From Macrostomum hystrix (lineage: Eukaryota; Animalia; Platyhelminthes), in assembly GCA_950097015.1 (NCBI GenBank), contig CATNEN010000038.1:26598001-26662000 (forward strand): a DNA stretch of 64,000 nt, given 5' to 3'. Both the position numbers and the translations under genes were made by a program. Every line of letters starts with the position of its first letter. Position 1 is the first letter of the stretch. The notes under the pieces were generated by a model, which saw only the letters and a list, made by a program, of their open reading frames with translations, was not told where the DNA came from and searched no databases. This document shows positions 12,778 through 26,140 of this stretch, in pieces.

Positions 12778-15700
12778 CTAAGAAGTGTTCTTTGAACGCC
12801 TAATCACCTGGGTAAGCACCTCGGAAGTGAGATCCGGCCAGGATTTCTGCAGCTCCTCCCATTCCGGCTTGCAGACGACGCGTTGGGCGCTGTGCTTCAT
12901 GAACTGGCAGCAGGCCTGCTTCAGACTAGCCGCTTTGTGCATGTGGGCCAGCAATAGGATCTCTTCGAAATTGTCGAAGCAGATCTGTCTGGCCAGCATG
13001 TCGGCGCATGCGGACTTTAACGAATTCACCTCGTATTTGTCAGCCACCTTCAGAATCTCGGCTAGGTCCTCCACTCTGCGCGGATTATTAATTTGACGTT
13101 AAGTGTGCTCAATAACAGTTGTTTAGTCACTAACTTTTTTACTGTGCTCAATTACTGTTTTTTTACTCAATTTACTCAGTTGTTTAGTGCGCTAAATAAC
13201 TGCAGTTTACTCAATAACAGTTGTTTATTCAATAACTGTTTACTATATTACTGTTGTTTATTCAATAACTGTTTACTCAATTACTGTTGTTTATTCAATA
13301 ACTGTTGTTTACTTAATAACTGTTTACTCAATTACTGTTGTTTATTCAATAACTGTTATTTACTTAATAACTGTTTACTCATTTACTGTTGTTTATTCAA
13401 TAACGGTTGTTTACTCAATTACTGTTGTTTATTCAATAACTGTTGCTTATTTAATAACTGTTTACTCAATTACTGTTGTTTATTCAATAACGGTTGTTTA
13501 CTCAATAACTGTTGTTTACTTAATAACTGTTTACTCAATTACTGTTGTTTATTCAATAACGGTTGTTTACTCAATAACTGTTGTTTACTCAATAACTGTT
13601 GCTTATTTAATAACCGTTATTGAACCGTTATTCAATAACGGTTGTTTACTCAATAACTGTTGTTTATTCAATAACTGTTTACTATATTACTGTTGTTTAT
13701 TCAATAACTGTTTACTCAATTACTGTTGTTTATTCAATAACTGTTGTTTACTTAATAACTGTTTACTCAATTACTGTTGTTTATTCAATAACGGTTGTTT
13801 ACTCAATTACTGTTGTTTATTCAATAACTGTTGCTTATTTAATAACTGTTTACTCAATTACTGTTGTTTATTCAATAACGGTTGTTTACTCAATAACTGT
13901 TGTTTACTCAATAACTGTTTACTCAATTACTGTTGTTTATTCAATAACGGTTGTTTACTCAATAACTGTTGTTTACTCAATAACTGTTGCTTATTTAATA
14001 ACCGTTATTGAACCGTTATTCAATAACGGTTGTTTACTCAATAACTGTTGTTTACTCAACAACTGTTTACTCAATTATTGTTGTTTACTCAATTACTGTT
14101 GTTTATTCAATAACGGTTGTTTACTCAATAACTGTTGTTTACTCAATAACCGTTTACTCAATTACTGTTGTTTATTCAATTACTGTTGTTTACTTAATAA
14201 CTGTTTACTCAATAACTGTTGTTTATTCAATAACGGTTGTTTACTCAATAACTGTTGTTTACTCAATAACTGTTTACTCAATTACTGTTGTTTATTCAAT
14301 TACTGTTGTTTACTTAATAACTGTTTACTCAATAACTGTTGTTTATTCAATAACGGTTGTTTACTCAATAACTGTTGTTTACTCAATAACTGTTTACTTA
14401 ATTACTGTTGTTTATTCAATAACTGTTTACTCAATTACTGTTGTTTATTCAATAACTGTTGTTTACTCAATAACTGTTGTTTACTCAATAACTGTTGTTT
14501 ACTCAATAACTGTTTTTAGTGTGCTTAATTAGTTGTTTAGTGTGATTAACAGTTGAAAGAACACGCTATCTTTCTTTATTTCGGAGTCAGCATCGTCGAG
14601 ATATTCAGCAATTCTTGTCGGAGACCGTTTTGACAAAGACAACTAACGTTTCTCTGTACTCGTATAAACCTCTATTGCCGATCCATATTGGCGAAAAACA
14701 TGAAAAAACTAACAATTTATTCAAAATAAAATAGGTATCAATAATAGTCGACACCAGCACAAAATTATGCCCATATTTAATGATTTTTGCCACCAGACAC
14801 CCCGAACAGAATCGTTGAATATCTCGACGATGCCGATGTTCTGCTCTTTTTAAAGTTGTTTCATCGGATAGAGCGCAAAATTTCAGCCCGCGTTCTGGAT
14901 TTTCATGGCGATAGATTGAATATTCTAGCAGATACAGAAAAGAGAAATGTGGATATTTGAAATGCCTTTTGCTGTTAATCCACAGTCTCGTATGCAAAAA
15001 ATTCGGAGAAATACTCGTAGAAGGCATAATAAGCCAAGTTAAACCAATAATCGCACTAGAGCATACCTGTGCTCAACACTCATATTGCCGGTGTAGAGAA
15101 ATCGCATCACATGACGCCAGGTCTCCGGACTAGTATCGCAAATGTCCACCCTATTAGACGAAGACTCTTTGCATCGATGCGCAAACATAGCTTTGAAAAC
15201 GCTGGATCTAGCAGCCAATACAGTCTTGTGTGCTCTAAACACTGTCTCACCAATACCAATGGACACGTCTGCAAATGTGTGATCATCTAGTAAGCTGGCC
15301 ATGTCGTCAGCCAGGCAGATGAGATTATCACCGGATGGCGGCGCCACAGCGCTTGAACAGACGTGCTGATATTCGCCTTTCAGTATAAAATCTAAATTGC
15401 AGATCACAGATAGGGCTGTGCCGCGTAGTTTGCCTTTCTCAACGAAACGCTTGAAGCCCCAGTCGTTCTCTTCCTTGTTGAACATGTGCTGCAGGTGCTT
15501 CTTGCCGAACTGCACCTTTAACGCGTGTTGGACTATTTGTTAGGATAGTTTTCGGTTAGAGACTACTAACTCTATCAAGCCGTTAAGTTGAACATTCCCA
15601 GCTCTATCAAACCTTTGAGTACTTTGAGGTGAACACCCAGCTCTATCAAACCTTTGAGTACTTTGAGTTGAACACTCCCAGCTCTATCAAACCTTTGAGT

Positions 15701-17236
15701 ACTTTGAGTTGAACACTCCCAGCTCTATCAAACCTTTGAGTACTTTGAGTTGAACACCCAGCTCTATCAAACCTTTGAGTACTTTGAGTTGAACACTCCC
15801 AGCTCTATCAAACCTTTGAGTACTTTGAGTTGAACACTCCCAGCTCTATCAAACCTTTGAGTACTTTGAGTTGAACTCTCCCAACTCTATCAAACCTTTG
15901 AGTACTTTGAGTTGAACACTCCCAACTCTATCAAACCATTGAGTACTTTGAGTTGAACACTCCCAACTCTATCAAACCATTGAGTACTTTGAGTTGAACA
16001 CTCCCAGCTCTATCAAACCTTTGAGTACTTTGAGTTGAACACTCCCAACTCTATCAAACCTTTGAGTACTTTGAGTTGAACACTCCCAACTCTATCAAAC
16101 CATTGAGTACTTTGAGTTGAACACTCCCAGCTCTATCAAACCTTTGAGTACTTTGAGTTGAACACTCCCAACTCTATCAAACCTTTGAGTACTTTGAGTT
16201 GAACACTCCCAACTCTATCAAACCTTTGAGTACTTTGAGTTGAACACTCCCAACTCTATCAAACCATTGAGTACTTTGAGTTGAACACTCCCAACTCTAT
16301 CAAACCATTGAGTACTTTGAGTTGAACACTCCCAACTCTATCAAACCATTGAGTACTTTGAGTTGAACACTCCCAACTCTATCAAACCTTTGAGTACTTT
16401 GAGTTGAACACTCCCAACTCTATCAAACCATTGAGTACTTTGAGTTGAACACTCCCAACTCTATCAAACCTTTGAGTACTTTGAGTTGAACACTCCCAGC
16501 TCTATCAAACCATTGAGTACTTTTAGTTGAACACTCTTAACTCTATCAAACATTTGAGTACATCGAGTTGAACACTCTTAACTCTATCAAACATTTGAGT
16601 ACATCGAGTTGAACACTCTTAACTCTATCAAACATTTGAGTACATCGAGTTGAACACTCTTAACTCTATCAAACATTTGAGTACATCGAGTTGAACACTC
16701 TTAACTCTATTAAACCTTTGAGTATTTTGAGTCTAACACTCTAAGCTATCTCAATCCTTTGAGTACTTTGTGTTGAACACTCTCAACTCTATCATTCTGT
16801 AAGTTTTCCCAAACCCAATATTATGCCTATCGAAACAATAAACGACATCAGTAAATAATTCAAAGGAAACAAAACAAAACGAACAACCAACCTCCATTTC
16901 TACATCGTTGTTCCGCTTCTCCAACAAGATCAAATCGAACTTTGATGGTATCTGACAAACTGTCTCGCTAATAGGCACTCCGTTGACCTCTTTGACCTCT
17001 AGAAATAGGCTGAGATATCCGCGCGCATCTCTATCAATGCCATCTGGATAGAGGTTCATGCAGCATTTGATCTCTGGCTTCTCTGGCGACCAGAATAGAC
17101 TACTAGATAGTTTATCGCCAGAGCCCAGCATACTAACATAATCCCAATTGCTAATAGTCCATTTGAAGCGAACGCTGTATAATCTGTGATCTGTGATGCA
17201 CTGGGTGTCAAAGCAGGAGGTATCTTTCTCTGGCAT
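12778..17236 (-). CDS. SPOP-like MATH-BTB-BACK cullin-3 adaptor, ~363 aa; exons 17236-16892, 15515(or 15509)-15067, 13075-12778
   Basis: MATH motifs FKWTISNW, LYPDG..GYLSLFL and DWGFKRF; BTB motif FADVSI..GETVFRAHKTVLAARSSVFKAMF...FLYTG; BACK-like ADKYEVNSLKSAC. GT-AG introns with matching phases (1092 nt). Confidence 0.9.
13105..14520. repeat. AT-rich 15/18-bp repeat (CTCAATAACTGTTGTTTA) in SPOP-like intron 2
   Basis: Visible directly; the variant TTGAACCGTTATT recurs at 13620 and 14008. Confidence 0.95.
15570..16790. repeat. 41-bp minisatellite (CTCTATCAAACCTTTGAGTACTTTGAGTTGAACACTCCCAR) in SPOP-like intron 1
   Basis: ~29 units, homogeneous centre and degenerate edges. Confidence 0.96.
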
Positions 17237-19113
17237 AGTATCCAGTTCGCTGCCTTGTTTTAAGAGAAGAGCTTTAGCAAAATAAATAGTGTCAATAAAT
17301 AATTAAGTACAATTGTAGTACACCCACTTCGAGTCTGAGATTTACTTCCAAGATGTTTTATCAAAGCATGCCTCTCGATGTTTGTGCAGAATAACGAGCT
17401 GTGCTGCTCTATTGAAAACACTTGGCACACTGCAAATAATGTTTGCACTTTATTTTATATATTAAGGCCCATAATAGGGATAGTAGCATTTTGAACATAG
17501 AGTTTTAAAACAACTAAAGGAATCACCTAAAATTCACATAGCAAAAACAATTTATTGGCCCATAGCCAATTTTCCTTTTTTTCCACAGTAAAAAGTAAAA
17601 TTAATTTTATTATCATATAATCAGGAACAAATCTAGTATAGCTGTGCATACTTATACTACATTTCCACATAGTGTAGTAGAGATGCTTTTATCAATCTTT
17701 TTGAAAGTCTAATTCATACCTTTGCTCTTTGTTTAAATGCGCAAAATATAATTTAAATGTAAATTATTATTATTATTCTGTCAAATTCATTCACATTAAC
17801 TAACCTTTTGTGTACATAAACGATTGCAATTTCTGTGAGACAAATCAACTTGCCAGTGCAGCATAAAAGCCTATAATACAATTATAAAAGCCTATAATTC
17901 CAATGTGTTAGTTCCTTTCTCTGCTCAAGATTGAGGCTGTGACCATCCAGTACAGGAGAGCCCTGAGGACTGAGAGTGAGATATCAATGAAAGCCTTAAA
18001 AGGAGACCGCTTGTGCTATAAAGAGTCACTACCATTAGAGTGTTAGACCCGCAGAAGATAAAAATTGTGGAGTACTGAAGGGTTAAAACGGCCCATTTCA
18101 GGACCAACAGCTTTAAGCATAGGGAAATACATGCAGAAATAAGAGAGGAAGAAAGAAAAAGATCGGCCTGAGTGATTTGCTACCAATAGAGAAAGACAAA
18201 CTGATAAGTCATGATACAATAGTAACTACATTAGACAAAGACTGCAAACTTGTTCTATAAATAGTACTTTTTGTTCCAATTAGAAATAGTGCTTACAAAA
18301 AACTTTAAGCTCATCTTTATATTCTAAAATATTTTTAAAACAATGAGTTATTAGATTGCTTTCAGTTAATTTTTCAAAAAGAATTAATTAATAAAGAAAA
18401 AGTCTAATATCTTTGCAATGAATGTTTCAATATGCCCTATTGGAATTTATATTAGTCCACATATGCACTAAGTTCATGGACATGCACCCAAATGTGCATG
18501 GCACCAACCAGAATTTTCAAAAATGTGCTGGACATGTGTTCCTCAAAAATGTTTTTCCTATAGGGTTAAAATATGATTACTTTTAAGTGTGGCACATTTG
18601 AAGAGCTTTGCATAAGTGATACTTAAGAAAAAATACAAGGTAAATAAAATAATTATTAATTAATAAAAATTAATTTGCAGAAAAGAGAAAACTAAATTGC
18701 AGTTAGTTTTGCCCCTTTTCAAAGAGAACAATTTGATTTGTAAATCTGCAATTTTTTCTTTAACAGCAACATTGTTTTTGCTTATCTGTGACTTAGTTTT
18801 CCTATAACTGCAACTTTGTTTTCATTCCCTTTCCCTTTCTTTCTTTTTCCTATCTTGTTTGTTTCTTTCTTTATTCAGGACTTAAGATTGTTTTTTATCC
18901 TAATTTTCACATTATTGTCTTGCTTTTTCTTCTTTTCTTTTCTTATTGCTTTCATATTTCCTTTTTTGTCCCTTGGTCTCCTCTTAGTTTTTGTCTTTAG
19001 TCAGTTGACTTTTGCAACTTACTTTGTATGGCCTTAGTCAATTTAACCTTGCCAATTTGGCCATGTTGGCTAGGTTTTGCACATGTATGACAATAAACAT
19101 AGCAAAAACTAAA

Positions 19114-19576
19114 GGCAGTACTTATCCCCACAGTACTATAGAAATATTTTTTGCTTATTCTCCTGCTTATTCTTGCTTATCCGCATGGCACACTGATGCT
19201 GTCCTATCTTCAACATATTCCATGGAAATAATTTTCTGCTTATCCACATGGCATACTGACGAGACAGCTGTCCTATGCCACTGTATTGATTAACTAATTG
19301 CTAAAAATCTGAAAATTTTAATTTGTTTACTTGCTTTTAAAAACTGGAAGAAAAAAGGAAAATTGCAGTCACAATAAAAAGATAGATGATAGGGCAGCTA
19401 TCTTGTCAGCGGGCCCTGCAGATAAGCAGGAAATTATTCCTGCAGAATATGTTGAAGATAGGACAGCTATCTTATCAGTATGCCGTGTGGATAAGCAGGA
19501 AATTATTCCCATAGCAGAGTAGCAATAAGACGAAAATTATTTCTATGGTAGGCCTACCATGGGGATAAGCAGTGCC
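19114..19576. mobile_element. Non-autonomous foldback/MULE-like MITE with long imperfect TIRs and a 9-bp TSD (AAAACTAAA)
   Basis: Left end GGCAGTACTTATCCCCA versus right end TGGGGATAAGCAGTGCC; ~150-bp arms are mutually reverse-complementary; AAAACTAAA flanks both ends. Confidence 0.8.
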
Positions 19577-22500
19577 AAAACTAAATGTACCAACAAAGCC
19601 CAATTTTTTTATTTATAAAGTTATTAACAAGTAAAAAACAAAAAATCAATACTGTTTTCAAATTCTTGGGAATAAATAACACAAATATTTCTTTGTATTT
19701 CTGGCACAATTGCATATTGCCATTTTTTGTTTTTGTATATTAATTGGACTGTATAAAGAAGACTAAGCAGAGATGCCATTGACAGATATATGCCATTAAA
19801 TATATTCAATTTAATCAATGAAATGCATACATACCAATCATATAATTGGTGGCATTATAAACAAGCAATATAGGCTAGTGTGTGATTCCTATTTGTAAAC
19901 TAAAACTATAATTGAGGCATTTGCTGATGCATATTTGTAATTATTTGAAGGTACAATTACTTGAATAGGATTGTAATTTTCTAGCTTTTTTCAATCCCAC
20001 AAATCCTAGGACCCTGATCCTAACCTTTTTTAATCTTGGGAATTGCAATACCAAGAATTCAAGACAATTTATAATCCTGAGATCCTGGCTTATGTCACCA
20101 TTTTGAGGGATCCCAGGAAAGCACTCATTGTATTTTTGTTTATTTATAGATTTTTTGACAAAATACAATTTTGACAAAGACAAATCTTTTGCTGTATTCA
20201 AATATTTTTTTTTCTAAAATAGAGTTTCAAAATTTCAGTTTACATTTCTGTGCAAAGGTTTTTTTGGCACAAAAATAGAGTCTTCTAGCTTGATACTGAA
20301 TTATCTACCCAGCATAACATGTGGCAATCTTGCAGTTTCACACATTTAATTATTTATAATTTTAAATCGTTTCAGACGGAAACATAATGAAACACAACAT
20401 AACAAAATGCAACAGGAGACAACTAGAGACAGTCAGACACATGCTAGAAACCTCAGAGTCTGCACCAATTACACAGGGTAGTAGTGAGCCACCCAGAATA
20501 GAAGATTCCCAAAGAGCTTCCATGGGAAACACCAGTGCCAAAGAAACTCTTTTAGGTGTGTCTCGAATAGTGCATTTGATGTTCCATGCATGGACCACAG
20601 TCTGGCCTTGACATGGGTCCATGTGCCTTTAATGGTATTGGTATGGACCATTGGATTGTTGGGGTCCAGGAAGTTGAGCCGGTGATTGACAGGTGGTACA
20701 ATGGTTGTTGGAGCTGGTGGACGTCCTGCAATGTTGGAAACTTAAGATTGAGTTGTCAAATTAAAGTTATTCTTTCAGCTTCATTTTGAATCCCCCTTTT
20801 ATCTGCATCCCATAGGTTTAACCATAGACATACACCATCTGCCACGTCAAATGACGTGTACCTAACACATTCTGGCACCATTTTGAAAATAAAAATAATT
20901 AGGGCCGAAATGTGCGAAACTGCAAGATTGCCTAACATGTTTCTAAAGAATTCATTGCCATTCTCATTTACGCAAGGCCCCATGAAAAAGCAAAAGACAG
21001 TACACATTGATAAAAGACTCAGACTATTGGAAACAAGAAAACAACAAATTTAAAATAAGTAGACCTAAACAAACAAAAATATGAAATTGCCCCAAAATGT
21101 ACATTTCTTGTTACTGAAATGTCCATTACTGGATTGTCTGTACCGCCCATCCTGCCCACTAAATAAAATACTCAGTATGAAACAATATATATTTATGAAT
21201 TTAAAGAAACGAAAAACAAATTTTTATTTTTAGATAGAGGATAAGCCTACACTACAGCAAAAGTTAATTAAAATGGTATGGTTGGTTCATACTGAAAGGA
21301 CAAATAATGTAAAAAAATAAAACACTAGATCTAACGAAATATGTTGATCACTGGCTGTAAAAAATATGTAACAATTGCATGGTTAGGCTCATGTTGATTA
21401 GCGGATCAGTATAATGTTACGTCTTTTGGGTAGGTAGGTCTAGTTATTAAAGAACCATTATACCAAAATTGTACGCAGAGTGAATTTTGAAACTTAAGCC
21501 TACTGAAATTGGTAAAAATTTTCACAAAAGCTATAAAATTTTTGCGTCTTTGGATGCTGTCATTTTTACTTGGGCAAACACAATTTTGTTCGCATCAGAC
21601 ATTGAGGCTATTTTTTTTTAATTAAAGCTAGGCCTACGTATTTTTCGTTTTAATTGTTACTAATACAATTTAAAATACATAAATTCTACTTTGCTTACTA
21701 CTAAAAGCGTTTAAGTTTTAATTATAAAACCATCTGGTAGGTAATGCATAAGTCTAATATTTGATTGGCCTACACCTTTTTAAAGCTTTAAAGCGGATTT
21801 GACTTAATGAGTAGTGACCATGTAGCCAAATCCGCCTTTATATAAAAATCATAGCTGAACTTTAGTGTTCGGTTCGTAGTTACATCACAAATAACTTACA
21901 TGTAGCTTACATGACAAATTTGTGATTAGGCCTACTGATAATTAGGCCTAGTCTTATTTTTTGCATGAATTATGTAAAAATCTGAAGTTTCAAAAGTTCC
22001 CATAAATTTTTGGAAACATAACTAGGCCTATTTATTGCAGACACAAGTTCATGATTCGTCCCAATTCTTTACTTTTCCGACTTAGGCTAGCTGTGTGTAT
22101 GCTTAGCCAGGGAGTGCTTTAAGCCTTTTAGCAATACTAGATTGAAGGTGTGCCACCTTAGCAGGTCGAAGTGCATTAATATTGCTTAATAATTCGAAAT
22201 TATTTTTTACTTATGATTGTCACCCAATAATATGAACAAAAAACCATTTGTAAATATTCCAAAACTTAGTGGCCTTTGTCCTGAGGATGGGGCAGCTGCG
22301 ACTCACTGAAGCACTTTAATAAAGCAGACTACTGCATCATTGACTCCTGTATCAAAATCTTGATGAGTGCTAATGTCTCCTTGACTACTGCAGAGGACGG
22401 ACAGTCAAATGTGGGACCCACATATGGAGGGAGGGGCGATTTTTTAGTCTTTTAAGGAACAAAATTAAGCAAAAGTAAAAGCAGCAGGAGGGAGCGGGGA

Positions 22501-24554
22501 GAATTGGAGAGTAAGAGAGACAGTAGGAGATCTATCTACCTATTGATCTATGCCCACCTGACAAAAAACATTTAAACAGATAATTAAAGGAAAGATAATC
22601 CACAGTATTTATCCAAAACAGTATTTCTTTTGTATATGCAACAACACGAATGGGCAGACACACACACAAGCAGTGCCATCAAGCCAGCATTGCCATATAT
22701 ATTAATATTTAATTAATTAGAATGCTCACAGTTATTTAACTCGAATCACCAGGATAGACGGGTTAGAACATAATTTTTTTATACTAAATTAATTTATAAA
22801 TTTTGATGTTGCTTACTTCAGTACATAGGATATAATTTATAGGACCAAACATATTTGTTAATCCCTAAGCATGGTAACTTTAAAATGCATATAATAATTA
22901 TATACTAATTTTATGTTGCGAGAATGTACTAATGTACCAGCAATTATTGAGATTTTCATATAGTACAATATAGTATTGATTGATGATGAGGGACTGAAAT
23001 GTGTTGCACTTTAAAAAGTACTCTCCTAATTTAAAGTACACACTTTAAAGAATACTAGAATACTTTATTGCTATGCCCTTAAAGATTACCAGAGTACTTA
23101 AAAGTGTTTTAAGAGTACACTGAAAACACTGCCTTCAACAGAAACTGGGTTCAAGGAATGAAGACAAGTACTTTAGTTTTAATTAATAAAAAATATATAA
23201 AAGCAGTGAGATGAAGCCCCATTTAATAGTCAGCTGCAGCAAAAGCTACTGGCCTTCCTGACCAGCCCCCTCTCAATATTGTTAGCGCTGGTAGCGCCAG
23301 CAATGTCAGCAGCAGCCACCCCTTGGTTGGGGTTGCAAAAGTCGCTTGCTGAGCTAGCAGCAGCCATATTGGTTGAAGTTGCAAAAGTTGCTCACCATGA
23401 TAGCAGCAGCTGCCCCCCATTTGGAGTCATCACTGACAATTAACATTTATTGTGTGGTAAATAAATTTTGTAGTGCAGGAACTTTTTAGTTCGTCTGTTG
23501 CCCCCAATGGGCCAAATATGCTAATAAAAGCCGGTTTTCTAAGGTGTGCATATTAATAATGAGCAAAAAGTAGCATCACTTTGAAACTATTCTTAAATGT
23601 AGCACCTGCCACCTGCAAGTCACAACAAAAGTTCAAAACTTACTGTTGGCAGCAGCATTAGCAGCACTTGTATTGTTGTTAATGCTGGTGTTGTCCTCGG
23701 TGCTGTTTTTTTCATTGCCCATCTTGTCAAAATAAGCATATTAGTAAATGCTTCAGAATGATAAAGAAACTAATTTGCTAAACACAGAAAACATGCAGCT
23801 ACTCTACTCTTTACTGGTGGCAAAATTGGCATTGGCCATATTTCACTTTTTAATGGCTCTTCAACTTTTGCCTTCTGGTTTTTCCACTTTATATGCCAAT
23901 TTATGGCACTTATTAAGTTAGGCCCCTATTAGTATTTTGTTGCATAGGCCTAACATTAGATCCTAGCTCTTAGTTAGTGCTCTGCCACATTGGATATAAT
24001 AATTATAGCAGAATACTATTCCTTAGTCACTTCATCTTATGACCAATGAAAGCAACTAACTGGTTTGCCCTTTGTAGGCCCAAATTTTGTCATTTACTCA
24101 TAGGATTCAATGCATTTTGGTAGGGTGATCAGTCAGTGCTTTTTGGTATAGCTCCTAGAATAGGGGGTGCTTTTCAATACCCAATGCAATGGCAAGCAAT
24201 GTAGCTATAATCAAATATTAGTAGGCATTGAAGCTGTTAATGCTGCTCTTGGCTTACACCAATTTTTATTTGACATGTTTGATCTTGCCATAGCTGACAA
24301 TGATAACATTGAAGACTATATCTCTTGTCAGGTATAGGCCTAATCAATTGCTGGCAGATGACATAGTTATCTATTGATTACACAGATGTAGTAAAATAGT
24401 ATTTTTTGTAAACTTACCTCTAACAGGTGCTATGAAATTAATTATCTGAAATTATTTGTTAACATCCTAAAATGTGTCAATTCTAAACTGTGTAATGCTG
24501 CAAGTTTTTCTTATTGATCTGATGGTACAGAAAAACAGTCCCTACCCCAAGAGC

Positions 24555-24835
24555 CATACATGCGCAACACCCGGCTGACCCAGCCGACCCAGCCGGGTGA
24601 AACGAGGGCCAAGCAAGGTAAGTCGCAAAAACCAATCAACCAAGCGCAAAAAAATCAAAGGGGGGACCAAGGGACAAAAAAGGAAGGCATGAAAAAAAGG
24701 AAAAAGGGGAGAGAAAAAGAGAGCAAATGAGAGCAAACTAAGTCGTAAATAGAGCAATGAAACGAACTAAGTCGCAAATGAGAGCAAAAACTAAGTCGCA
24801 CGGCCGGCTAAGATTTGGGAGGTTGCGCATGTATG
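24555..24835 (-). mobile_element. hAT-like MITE, copy 1 (TIR CATACATGCGCAAC, 8-bp TSD CCAAGAGC)
   Basis: 14-bp TIRs, exact TSD on both sides, homologous to the copies at 25848 and 36193. Confidence 0.88.
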
Positions 24836-25847
24836 CCAAGAGCTGTACCAAAAAGCACTGACTAGTATGGAAATACATGACACTTAGCTTATAGGCTAGC
24901 TTATGTGACAAATAAAGGTCAACATTTCTGCAAATATGTGTATAATGTGTAGTTTAGGCCTAGTCAATCCAAAAATACTTGTAAAACAAAATCAGCCTTG
25001 AAAAATAAAAAATGTCAACAAAGCAAGGAGCTAAGCCTTAGGACAATTTTGTAATGGGAATTGTGTAAATAATAAAGGTAGATTTCAATAACACTTTTTA
25101 CATTTTGGTAACAAGCTAAGACATCTTGGAAATGTATAACAATATCAAATTAAGACTTGAATCTAATTTTCTGGGAGCCATTTCATTAAATTTGGGTATT
25201 TTAAAGCTTTATGATTTTGTTCTTTGCAATTCTCACTAAATAACTAAATAAAACTGGTACTTAAACTCAAGACAACAAACTTCTAATTTTACAAACTGAA
25301 GCATTGGCCAAGTGCAAGCTCATTGATCTTTGACTTCAAATGTGTAAGTTGTAACCTGTGGGGCAACCATGATTTGCATGTGTTAGGGCATACTCCAAAT
25401 TTACAACTTGGCATTTCAGAGGTGACACTATCTGTTACTAAGAGCGTAAAACATACTGAGTGTTATTTAAGTGCACCTGTCTAGTTACCAAAATGTCCAT
25501 TTCTGAATTGTCCTGTCCTCCCTTTAAGGGCCTATAAAATATTTTTTATTGTTTCAGTTTAAAATTTACTTTACCAAATCTTTGAATTATTCAAATCTTC
25601 AAATTATTCAAAACTAAATTTGACTATTCTGCTATATTGTTTTCATTTTCTGTGCTTGGCCTACTCTATTTCAATTAAGTTGTGGATTAAATATATTACT
25701 GGGTACCAAACCATATAGGTACTACCTTTCATGAAAAAGTATTAATGACCAATTTCATGTGCTCTTGTAGTTAGTTGCAATTTTATAGCCTGTCATCACA
25801 ATCTGAGATACATGAGGCTACTGCTTGAAATCAAGCAGGGTACAATC

Positions 25848-26140
25848 CATACATGCGCAACCTCCCAAATCTTAGCCAGCCGTGCGACTTAGTTTTTGCT
25901 CTATTTACGACTTAGTTTGCTCTCAGTTGCAACTTAGTTCATTTCATTGCTCTATTTACTACTTAGTTTGCTCTCATTTGCTCTATTTTTCTCTCCCATT
26001 TTTCCTCCTCTTCATGCCTTCCTTTTTGTCCCTTGGTCCCCCCCTTTGATTTTTTTGCACTTGGTTGATTGGTTTTTGCGACTTACCTTGCTTGGCCCTC
26101 GTTTCACCCGGTCAGTTTGGCCAGGTGTTGCGCATGTATG
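25848..26140 (+). mobile_element. hAT-like MITE, copy 2 (8-bp TSD GTACAATC)
   Basis: Same TIRs and internal GACTTAGTTT subrepeats as copy 1, opposite orientation; exact TSD. Confidence 0.88.

Noticed and set aside
13093-14532. Cys/Asn-rich and (YSITVV)n ORFs
   Set aside because: Antisense translations of an intronic AT-rich repeat.
20362-21053. Cluster of short overlapping ORFs
   Set aside because: No recognisable domain or consistent splice structure; possibly decayed TE sequence, but not supportable.
21884-22015. Spliced-leader RNA gene (Sm-like AATTTTTGG near 22005)
   Set aside because: No leader ending in ATG|GT at a suitable distance and no SL-like stem arrangement.
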